This document shows, piece after piece, positions 40,512 to 49,110 of a stretch of DNA of 64,000 bases. The first letter of the stretch is position 1, and every line of letters starts with the position of its first letter. The notes below the pieces were generated by a model. That model was not told where the DNA came from. It ran no database searches and saw nothing but the letters and a program-made list of their open reading frames with translations. The translations under genes were made by a program, and so were the position numbers. Origin of the DNA: a bacterium (lineage in GTDB: Bacteria > Zhuqueibacterota > Zhuqueibacteria > Oceanimicrobiales > Oceanimicrobiaceae); NCBI GenBank assembly GCA_046757165.1, contig JBHHXT010000004.1, forward strand, positions 13,248 through 77,247. The letters are read 5' to 3'.

Positions 40512-40570
40512 CCACACGGATAAAAAAACCACACGGATTTTATTCGTGTCAATTCGTGTGGATTCGTGGC
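40512..40570. repeat. Short repeat cluster
   Basis: CCACACGGAT x2, then ATTCGTG x3 with a 10-bp period. Confidence 0.75.
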
Positions 40571-40750
40571 TAAATCAACTATTCTGTTACGTTCCCGATA
40601 ACTATCGACAGCAAATTGTCGTTATTATTCCGTAAGCGCATAGCTATTTTTTTTCATTTCACCAACTTTTTAGAAATTCCTTCGCCTGCTTCGCTTGTTC
40701 TCATCTTCAGGGGAGCAAATAAAGATTGAACAAACCCAAGGGGAAAAGGG

Positions 40751-41665
40751 ATGTCTTCTTATTTCAGATCTCGCTGTTCACGTTCGCCAGTGCGGCTTCG
40801 CCGCGCCGGGCTTACCGCGGTCCTGGTTGTCCTGATGGGTGCAGTCAACACACCCGGTCTGCCATCTGACAAGAACCTGGAACAATATGGGTACTATGCT
40901 GATGCTCTCAGTTTCATGCACAGCGACGACAGTCTCTCGTTTGTCGAGCTCTTTGGATTGATTCCGACTCACGACCTGATATTTGTCAAGTTTTCGGGTG
41001 GCTTTTCTGCAAGCTACCGGCTCGCGGTGAAGGTGATCGACAGCTCAGGCATCGTCGTGGCGACGCAAGCCCTGGTAGATTCAGTGAAGGTTAGAACCTT
41101 CAAGGACATTGACAAGCCGCGCCCAGCCAGACTCTCCCGTTTCAGCTTTGTGCTCGACCCGGGCGGCTATGTTGCTCACTTTACACTAACGGACCTGGAA
41201 ACGCGCAAGGATTTGATGTTTCAAAAAGAAATAGAGGTGCGTGATTTCACCCGGAGCGTTCTTCAAATGAGCGATGTTCAGATTGCAGCTTCTATTTCAA
41301 CCTCGGATGCCCGAAATGCTTTTGTAAAGAATCAACGGCTAATCGTTCCGAACGTGCCCCGGGTGGTATTAAATGCAATCTATGTCTATACCGAGATTTA
41401 TCACCTTCCGTATGAGGGCAGCGGTGAATTCGAGGCGACTTATCTGATTCAAACCGAAGCGGGGAAAACTGTCAAATCCATCGCGTATCGACGCCCCAAA
41501 CCCGACAGCACCGTTGCGCTCAGCCTCAGGATTCCCATCATGGAGCTCGACTCCGGCCACTATGTCCTGGTTCTGCAGGTCCAGGATCTGGACGGTGCGC
41601 AAACAGTCGAGCACTCAACAACGTTCAGGATTGTTGACGCCGGGCATGGGGTTGCAACCAGGTAA
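40751..41665 (+). CDS. Secreted paralogue of the GWxTD protein N-terminal region, lacking the GWxTD domain
   Basis: SDVQIAASI..FVKNQRLIVPNVP, YVYTEIYHL and LDSGHYVLVLQVQDLD align with 25295-26620. Confidence 0.85.
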   Translation: MSSYFRSRCSRSPVRLRRAGLTAVLVVLMGAVNTPGLPSDKNLEQYGYYADALSFMHSDDSLSFVELFGLIPTHDLIFVKFSGGFSASYRLAVKVIDSSGIVVATQALVDSVKVRTFKDIDKPRPARLSRFSFVLDPGGYVAHFTLTDLETRKDLMFQKEIEVRDFTRSVLQMSDVQIAASISTSDARNAFVKNQRLIVPNVPRVVLNAIYVYTEIYHLPYEGSGEFEATYLIQTEAGKTVKSIAYRRPKPDSTVALSLRIPIMELDSGHYVLVLQVQDLDGAQTVEHSTTFRIVDAGHGVATR

Positions 41666-41849
41666 AGTGACTGAAGTTTCGCACTTGCCATTCATCCCTT
41701 TGAGCCACGGATAAGAACTGTCAACAAGAGGCTGTTGGGAGGGAGTTGCAGGTCGTTCGGGCGAGGTTCAGGGTAGCGGCCGGGGGGTTGCGGACGAGTT
41801 GGCAGTTGGCGGCCAGGACGGGACCTCCCTGCCCCTTTTTCCCTTCTCT

Positions 41850-42539
41850 CTAGACACGGAATCTCTCTTTGATATTCTCCGTTACCACACTGCCATCAAA
41901 AAGATGAATGACGCGATGTCCATATTCAGCGTAGGTTGGGGAGTGCGTCACCATGAGAATGGTCGTGCCGTTTTCATTTAGCTCCGTGAGCATGCCCATG
42001 ACCTCGTCGCCGTGAGCAGAGTCCAGGTTTCCCGTTGGCTCGTCGGCGAGAATGAGTTTCGGTTTGGCCACCACGGCGCGGGACACCGCCACACGCTGCT
42101 GCTGGCCGCCGGAAAGTTGCTGGGGAAAGTGGTTCTTGCGGTGTGCGATCTGCATGTGCTCCAAAACCTCGGTGACGCGTTTCTTGCGCTCGGAGGAGGT
42201 ATAGCCTAAATACAACAACGGGAGTTCAATGTTTTCATAAACGGTCAGCTCATCTATCAAGTTGAAACTTTGAAAGACAAATCCCATATTTTCCTTTCTG
42301 AGATTGGCCCGCTGGCGCTCGGAGTATTTCGAGACTTCCTGTTCCAGGAAAAAAAACTCGCCGCTACTGGGATTATCCAGCAATCCGATCACGTTCAACA
42401 AAGTCGATTTGCCGCACCCTGACGGCCCCATAATCGAAACGAATTCTCCCTGCTTCACTTCGATGTTGACGTTGTTCAACGCGGTGGTTTCGACTTCCTC
42501 GGTGGTGTAGATTTTCTTGAGATCAACCGTTCTTATCAT
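41850..42539 (-). CDS. ABC transporter ATP-binding protein (LolD/MacB-type)
   Basis: [28 protein letters not shown]. Confidence 0.95.
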   Translation of the reverse strand: MIRTVDLKKIYTTEEVETTALNNVNIEVKQGEFVSIMGPSGCGKSTLLNVIGLLDNPSSGEFFFLEQEVSKYSERQRANLRKENMGFVFQSFNLIDELTVYENIELPLLYLGYTSSERKKRVTEVLEHMQIAHRKNHFPQQLSGGQQQRVAVSRAVVAKPKLILADEPTGNLDSAHGDEVMGMLTELNENGTTILMVTHSPTYAEYGHRVIHLFDGSVVTENIKERFRV

Positions 42540-42593
42540 CGAATTCTCCTTTCCGGCTTGTCGTATAAACTCTCATGGATTCTTCCATCTAAC

Positions 42594-42617
42594 AGCCTAC
42601 AGCCTATCTACCTGAAT
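42594..42617 (-). repeat. Right copy of 24-bp inverted repeat
   Basis: AGCCTACAGCCTATCTACCTGAAT. Confidence 0.9.
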
Positions 42618-42621
42618 CGTG

Positions 42622-43875
42622 TCACTTCTTCAGCACCAGCTTGTCGATGTCGCCGAAACTGTCGTAGGACGAAGTCACGACGCGCTCACCGGGTTCCAGA
42701 CCGCTGAGGACCTCGAAGACTTGCGGGTTCTGGCGCCCGAGACGAATTTTCCTTTTGGCCGCGAAGTGCTCGGCCTGATCGAGAACGTAAATCCACTGGC
42801 CGCCCGTCTTCTGATAGAAGCCGCCGCGGGGAATGAGCACGGCCTCAGACAGGTCACCGAGCTCCAGACGGATGTGCACCGTCTGGCCCCGCCGGATGCC
42901 CTCTGGCGAATCGCCCTCGAATTCCATGTCCACTTCAAACCGTCCGTCCCGGACTTCGGGATAGACCCGGTCGGTAAGCAACCGGTAGGTGCGACCGGCA
43001 AAATCGAACTCACCGTACTGGCCGCGATCGATGCGCGCGAGATAGTGCTCATCAATACCGGCCCGCACTTTGAACCCGTCGACGACATCTACCTGGCCCA
43101 CACGTTGCCCTTGCGCCACTGTCTGGCCAACTTCAGGAATTAGCGAGGTCAACAGACCGGTGATCGGCGCCCTGATCGTCAAGTCATCCAGGCGCTTTCT
43201 CGCGATCTGGAGATTCTCTTCCAACCTGGTGAGGGATTGTTCCAATAGTCTGATCTGCACGTGCTGGAAGATCGAGTCCTGCTTGAACGATTCAACATTC
43301 AGTCTCTGTCGCTTCACCTGGTAGTCGTATTCATCTTTGGTCGCCTCGAACTCCTCCAGTGAGATCAGGTTGCGCTCAAACAACTCTTCTCTGCGAGCAT
43401 AGAGTCTCTCGAGACGTTTGATTTGGTACTCCTGGTCGATGAGACGCTGGCGCAGAATAATGCGGTTTTGCGCCAGGTTAAAGCGCGTGCTGGTCAACAG
43501 ATTGCGCTGCTCGACCACCAGGGCGTCCTGGGAGAGAATCTGAATGTGGAGATTGCGGTTTTCAAGTTGCAGGATTTTGTCGCCGTCGTTGACAAAACTC
43601 CCGGCCTCGATGTAGACCGTGTCGACGCGCCCGCCTTCGGTCGCGTCCAGGAAAATTGTCTTGATCGGCAGGACGGCTCCGGTGACGGGAATGAATTCCT
43701 GAAACGGCCCGTGTCTGACCTCGGAAATCGTGATCTTTTCTTGCTCGACATTGAGCTTGGAGCTCCGGTCGCCAAAACTGATATTGTACACGATGATAAG
43801 GAGGAGGAGGGCCGTCCCGCCCAGCGAGGCGATCTTCCCGGGGGGCCATTTTCTCTTTTCTATTTTGCGATCCAT
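42622..43875 (-). CDS. Efflux periplasmic adaptor (membrane fusion protein)
   Basis: N-terminal TM, lipoyl halves (EGGRV, IRAPITG), coiled coil, VLSGLEPGERVV. Confidence 0.92.
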   Translation of the reverse strand: MDRKIEKRKWPPGKIASLGGTALLLLIIVYNISFGDRSSKLNVEQEKITISEVRHGPFQEFIPVTGAVLPIKTIFLDATEGGRVDTVYIEAGSFVNDGDKILQLENRNLHIQILSQDALVVEQRNLLTSTRFNLAQNRIILRQRLIDQEYQIKRLERLYARREELFERNLISLEEFEATKDEYDYQVKRQRLNVESFKQDSIFQHVQIRLLEQSLTRLEENLQIARKRLDDLTIRAPITGLLTSLIPEVGQTVAQGQRVGQVDVVDGFKVRAGIDEHYLARIDRGQYGEFDFAGRTYRLLTDRVYPEVRDGRFEVDMEFEGDSPEGIRRGQTVHIRLELGDLSEAVLIPRGGFYQKTGGQWIYVLDQAEHFAAKRKIRLGRQNPQVFEVLSGLEPGERVVTSSYDSFGDIDKLVLKK

Positions 43876-43951
43876 TATGGTCTGCTTATCCTATCCCTCA
43901 TTCAGCGATGAAGTTCCCGATATTAACAGGCAAAGGCTCCAGGCTTACAAT

Positions 43952-43967
43952 TCAAGAACCGTGCCAG
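43952..43967 (-). promoter_or_regulatory. Sigma54-like promoter for MFP-ABC operon
   Basis: CTGGCACGGTTCTTGA (-12 is GA instead of GC); IHF consensus at 43975-43987; divergent sigma54 activator gene. Confidence 0.65.
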
Positions 43968-44218
43968 TATTGTAAATCAATCATTTAGATAAGGTGCCTG
44001 TACACTTCTCCTGAAAAGTATCCGCTGGCAATACAGGAAGTGTTCGCTGGCGAACGCTTTTCATGACGCTGAGGCGAGGGCTCACGCCAATGTCGGAACG
44101 AAGCGGCCGCAACTTATTCAAAAGTAAATTCACTTGATTATTCTGCACAAAAAGTGTAATTAAAACCTTTTGACAGAACATTCGTCCTAAATAGAAATAC
44201 GGATCCAAAATCAGTCCC

Positions 44219-45595
44219 ATGAGCAAGAAAGTTGGAAAAGTTCTGGTTGTTGATGATGACCAGGACATTCTTTTGGCGGCTCGCCTGTTTCTGAAAAACC
44301 ATTTTCTCTTAATCCATACGGAGAGTGATCCTGAGGCTATCCCGACGCAGCTCAAGAATGAAAGTTACGATGTCATCCTGCTCGACATGAACTTCGCCCT
44401 CGGTGCGAGCAGCGGCCAGGAAGGCTTCCAGTGGCTCGACAACATCCTGGATCTGGACCCCTCCGCGGTCGTGGTGTTGACGACCGCATATGGTGATGTG
44501 CAGATGGCTGTCCGCGCCATCAAAGAGGGCGCCATGGATTTTGTGCTCAAGCCGTGGCAAAATGAGAAGCTCCTGGCCACGCTCTTTGCCGCCATGAACC
44601 TGCGCCAATCCAAAGTCGAAGTGGACAAGCTGAAATTGCGCCAGAGGCAGCTCAATGCCGACCTGGATCAAAATTTTCGCGATTTCGTCGGTGAATGTGA
44701 TGCCATGCAACAAGTGTTCAGAAACATCGAAAAGGTGGCGAAAACAGACGCCAATGTGCTGATTCTGGGCGAAAACGGCACCGGCAAGGAGCTGGTTGCA
44801 CGTGAGCTGCACCGGCAGTCCCTGCGAGCCAATGAGGTCTTCATCAGTGTTGACATGGGCGCAATCAGCGAAACCTTGTTTGAGAGCGAGCTCTTCGGCC
44901 ACGTCAAAGGCGCATTCACCGATGCCCGGGAAGATCGCGCCGGCCGGTTTGAAATCGCCTCCGGCGGCACGCTCTTTCTGGACGAGATCGGCAACCTGCC
45001 GCTGCCGCTGCAGGCCAAACTCCTGAATATCTTGCAGAGCCGCCATGTGACGCGCGTGGGCGCCAACCTGCCAAAACCTATCGATGTGCGGCTGATTTGC
45101 GCCACCAATAAGCCCATCTATGAAATGGTGGCGAGAAACGAATTCCGCCAGGACTTGCTTTATCGTATCAATACGGTGGAAGTCGAGCTGCCCCCCCTGC
45201 GCGAGCGCCAGGATGACATTCCGATGCTGCTCGACTTCTTCCTGGAAGTCTACTCAAAAAAATATCAAAAGGCAAAGAAGCGCGTCAATGCCAGCGCGCT
45301 CAAGAAGCTGCAAAAATATAAATGGCCCGGGAATGTACGGGAATTGCAGCATGCCATCGAGCGCGCCGTCATCATGAGCGACTCGCAGGTGCTACAGCCC
45401 CATGACTTCTTTTTCTCCATGCCAGAGTCAAGAGAGCAGGGACTTGTTTTCGATACCCTCAACCTGGACGAAGTCGAAAGAATCGTCATACAAAAAGTGA
45501 TCAGCAAGCACGAAGGAAACATCAGCAAGGCAGCCAGAGAGCTGGGGCTGACACGCACGTCTTTGTACCGAAGGTTGGAAAAACATGGTCTATAA
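44219..45595 (+). CDS. Sigma54-dependent response regulator
   Basis: REC (VDDD, LLDMNF, KPW), GENGTGKE, GAFTDA, WPGNVREL, HTH. Confidence 0.95.
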   Translation: MSKKVGKVLVVDDDQDILLAARLFLKNHFLLIHTESDPEAIPTQLKNESYDVILLDMNFALGASSGQEGFQWLDNILDLDPSAVVVLTTAYGDVQMAVRAIKEGAMDFVLKPWQNEKLLATLFAAMNLRQSKVEVDKLKLRQRQLNADLDQNFRDFVGECDAMQQVFRNIEKVAKTDANVLILGENGTGKELVARELHRQSLRANEVFISVDMGAISETLFESELFGHVKGAFTDAREDRAGRFEIASGGTLFLDEIGNLPLPLQAKLLNILQSRHVTRVGANLPKPIDVRLICATNKPIYEMVARNEFRQDLLYRINTVEVELPPLRERQDDIPMLLDFFLEVYSKKYQKAKKRVNASALKKLQKYKWPGNVRELQHAIERAVIMSDSQVLQPHDFFFSMPESREQGLVFDTLNLDEVERIVIQKVISKHEGNISKAARELGLTRTSLYRRLEKHGL

Positions 45596-46943
45596 ACGCT
45601 TTCGGGTCGTGGTTATGACCCGTGTTCTCATTCTCAGCGCCTCACTCTACCTCTTCATTCATCTGCTCTTTGGCATGGAAACGCGGCTGTACGCGACCAT
45701 TCTGATCGTTGCGCTGACCATCGCTTATCAGATCCATGGCCTGATCCATTATGTTGAAAAGACAAACCGGGACCTGAATCGCTTCTTGATGACGATCAAG
45801 CACGAGGACTTCTCGCAGATTTTCCTGGGTGGCGGGCTTGGTTCATCCTTCGATGAATTGAAGAGAGCATTTAACGATGTCATTCAGAAATTCCAGCAGG
45901 CTCGCGCTGAAAAGGAAGAACATTTTCGCTATCTGCAAACCGTCGTGCAGCACGTTGCCATCGGTCTGATCGCTTTTCGCAGCGATGGCAAGGTGGCGCT
46001 TTTCAACACGGCGGCCAAGAAACTGTTCAGAAAGCCCGCGCTGAGAAATATCAAAGACCTGGAGGGCGTCAGCAAGTTGCTGACAAGAACGTTGTTGGGC
46101 ATGCACTCGGGCCAGAAAGCGCTTGTGAAGATTCACGACCAGAATGAAATCCTGCAACTCTCCATCAGCGCCACCGAGTTTAGACTTCGGGAGCAGAACT
46201 ACACGCTCGTTTCCCTGCAAAACATTCACAGCGAGTTGGAAGAGCAGGAATTGGATGCCTGGCAAAAACTCATCCGCGTGCTGACACACGAAATCATGAA
46301 TTCCGTCACCCCGATCGCCTCTCTGGCTTCGACGCTCAATGAACTGGTCAACTCGCAGGGGAATCGCCCGGCATCCGAAGCGCTCAGTGCTGAGTCTCGA
46401 TGTGATCTCCAGGGGGGACTCAAAACGATTCAGAAACGCAGTGAAGGGTTGCTGCATTTTGTGAATGCCTACCGCAACCTGACCAAAATTCCGGTTCCGG
46501 ACTTGAAAATCTTTCCGGTGCAGGAGGTGTTCGAGCACATCCAGCAGTTGATGCGAGAAGAAATTGGAGAGGATTCTATTGCCGTGAGCTCCCAGGTGCT
46601 TCCAACGAACCTGGAGCTGACTGCAGACCGGGAGCTGTTGGAACAAATTCTGATCAACCTCCTCAAAAACGCCATCCAGGCCTTGCAGGGACGGCCGCAG
46701 GGCAAGATTTCGCTCTTCTCACGCATCGACGAGCGCGGCCGGATCATCATCCAGATTTGCGACAACGGCCCAGGAATTCCGCCAGAGTTGCACGACAAGA
46801 TTTTCATCCCGTTTTTCACCACCAAGGAAGGTGGCTCGGGTATCGGCTTGAGTTTGTCCCGGCAGATCATGCGCTTGCATCGCGGCACGCTCAGCGTCCA
46901 CTCTCGACCGGATGACGGGACGGTTTTCACGCTGCGGTTTTGA
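45585..46943 (+). CDS. Membrane sensor histidine kinase (NtrY-like)
   Basis: 2 TM, PAS-like region, LTHEIMNS, NLLKNA, DNGPG, GSGIGL. Confidence 0.95.
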   Translation: MVYKRFRVVVMTRVLILSASLYLFIHLLFGMETRLYATILIVALTIAYQIHGLIHYVEKTNRDLNRFLMTIKHEDFSQIFLGGGLGSSFDELKRAFNDVIQKFQQARAEKEEHFRYLQTVVQHVAIGLIAFRSDGKVALFNTAAKKLFRKPALRNIKDLEGVSKLLTRTLLGMHSGQKALVKIHDQNEILQLSISATEFRLREQNYTLVSLQNIHSELEEQELDAWQKLIRVLTHEIMNSVTPIASLASTLNELVNSQGNRPASEALSAESRCDLQGGLKTIQKRSEGLLHFVNAYRNLTKIPVPDLKIFPVQEVFEHIQQLMREEIGEDSIAVSSQVLPTNLELTADRELLEQILINLLKNAIQALQGRPQGKISLFSRIDERGRIIIQICDNGPGIPPELHDKIFIPFFTTKEGGSGIGLSLSRQIMRLHRGTLSVHSRPDDGTVFTLRF

Positions 46944-47221
46944 AACCCTGCGACGACTCGAAGCCGTTTAGAGAATCAGACCACTTGTTGAAAAAACTAT
47001 TGAACCTTTGGGTCATGTGACAAGTATAATAGTCAACATCAGTATGATTGGCCACCTTGATTTCTTTTCCACCTGCATTTTTTCCTTCCTTTTTGGGAGA
47101 CAACATTTTTGCTCAAGGTGGCCATTATTATTTTTGAGCGATGTACAGCCATCCTGTTTGACTTTTTTCTGACCTTTTTTTGCCGTATGATCATTGTGGT
47201 CGTTTTTGTTTGGCGTGCGCC

Positions 47222-48259
47222 ATGAGGCCGGCCGTGATCCAAATCGATGGCTCGTTTGGCGAGGGTGGCGGCCAGATACTGCGCACCGCACTGGCGTTGT
47301 CATTAGTCACCCAAAAACCGTTTATCATCAAGAACATCCGGGCCGGCAGAAAGAAAAAGGGGCTGTTGCGGCAGCATCTGACGGCAGTTGACGCTGCCGC
47401 CGAAATCAGCCGTGCCCGCGTGGAAGGCAGCACGATCGCGTCTTCACAAGTGTTTTTCGCCCCGCGAAAGGTAGCCACCGGAGACTTCAGGTTCGCGGTG
47501 GGCACAGCCGGCAGCACGACGCTCGTCTTACAAACGGTGTTGCCCGCCCTGATCAGTGCGGACAAGCCAGCCACGCTGACGCTGGAAGGCGGCACACACA
47601 ACCCCTTTGCCCCGCCATTTGACTTCTTCCAAAAGTCCTTTCTGCGCGTGCTGAATCAGATGGGAGCAAAGGTGACGGCGGATATCGACCAATACGGTTT
47701 CTATCCGGTTGGCGGAGGACGGATCCATGTAAACATTGTCCCGTGTCAAACGTTGGCGAAGTTAGCGCTTCTTGATAAAGGTGAGTTGCTTTCCCGAAGA
47801 GCTTTCGCTTACTGCTCGAAAATCCCTGACAGAATTGGCCAGGAGGAGATGAGTGCTGTAGTCCGGAAGCTCGGCTGGAACCGGACAGAGTGCCAATCGA
47901 GCCGGGTGCCATCGTCCGGCCCCGGCAATATCGTTCTCCTGGAGCTTGCCTACGAGCACATCACGGAAGTGTTCACCGGGTTCGGGCAGAAAAACATTCC
48001 CAAACAAAAAGTGGTTGCTGAAGCGATTCGCGAGTTGCAAGAGTATCTGGAAGCCAGGGCACCGGTCGGGAAATACCTGGCGGACCAGCTCCTGCTGCCG
48101 ATGGCCATGGCAGGCCAGGGTGAATTCATCACCATGAAGCCGACCCTGCACGCGATGACCAATATGGCAGTCATCAGAAAATTCCTCGATATCCGCATCG
48201 ATTCTGAGCAAATCGATGCGCTCAGGTGGAAGATTCAGATTCGCTCCCGGAACGGATAA
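47222..48259 (+). CDS. rtcA: RNA 3'-terminal phosphate cyclase
   Basis: GEGGGQILRTAL, GLLRQH, GGTHNP, GFYPVGGG, LADQLLLP, His in TLHAMTN. Confidence 0.95.
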   Translation: MRPAVIQIDGSFGEGGGQILRTALALSLVTQKPFIIKNIRAGRKKKGLLRQHLTAVDAAAEISRARVEGSTIASSQVFFAPRKVATGDFRFAVGTAGSTTLVLQTVLPALISADKPATLTLEGGTHNPFAPPFDFFQKSFLRVLNQMGAKVTADIDQYGFYPVGGGRIHVNIVPCQTLAKLALLDKGELLSRRAFAYCSKIPDRIGQEEMSAVVRKLGWNRTECQSSRVPSSGPGNIVLLELAYEHITEVFTGFGQKNIPKQKVVAEAIRELQEYLEARAPVGKYLADQLLLPMAMAGQGEFITMKPTLHAMTNMAVIRKFLDIRIDSEQIDALRWKIQIRSRNG

Positions 48260-48395
48260 TGACGTTCACTGATAATCATTGGGATGATGGCGCTTGATGG
48301 TTCGAAAACCGAGTCCCCCGGACCACAAATCGAGCCAAGATTCTTCTTGACTGGCTGGGGCTTGATGCTTATTTTGTATCTCTTGAAGGAGCAAA

Positions 48396-48596
48396 ATGAA
48401 AACCGCCGAAAGAAAAACTCGTAAAGATGGAGACCATCCATTGCTCGATGTCTCAACCGACGACATCATTCCCTATTTCATGTGGGATTATCGTTATCGA
48501 GTTGGCCAGATCAAGCAAACTCTCGCAGGTAATGACGAATCCAGGCGTCTATGGCTGATTGCAGATGACAAGCATTCTAACGCCACTGCAAAATAG
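48396..48596 (+). pseudogene. Truncated small antitoxin-like gene
   Basis: RBS AAGGAG; PYFMWDY...RRLWLIA, then runs abruptly into toxin-derived sequence. Confidence 0.55.
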
Positions 48597-49028
48597 CTTT
48601 CGGAAGATCTTGATCTTTTCACACAAGAAGATGATGCCTTTGTTGAGACCGAGCACATGGTCAGGCAAGCCTGCGCGGAACTCAAAGTTGAGTTTACACC
48701 GGTGCGCATCACTTCTTATTTCAAGCATTTTGGCATAGGTGATTCTCACGCCATTCTAACGCTTCATTTTTCAAAGGACTATGTGTCTCACATTAGACCG
48801 CCCGAACTTGTAGACAACGTTGTTGTAGACTCTATGGAGGACATCACGGCCAACAAGATCTGCGCTGCACTTGGTCGTAATGAGATCAAAGATTTAGTGG
48901 ATCTGTATTTCCTCGATAAGGCCAATTACAAGCTGCCGGATTACTTTGAAGATGCCCGACAAAAGGATGCCGGCCTGTCCTGGGAGACGCTTGTTCTTGT
49001 TGAAAACGCGGCGAGAAGATTTCTATAG
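48565..49028 (+). pseudogene. Disrupted AbiEii-like nucleotidyltransferase
   Basis: MTSILTPLQ start in one frame; LSEDLDLF, DITANKICAALGR.EIKDLVDLYFL and ARQKD in another; GGTAL motif missing. Confidence 0.75.
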
Positions 49029-49110
49029 CAAATTCGCCTATTTTTCCTTATATTGCCACCTCGAGTAAGTGATCACGCCCCCAAAACCACCTATGGAGGA
49101 ATAAAGGAAG

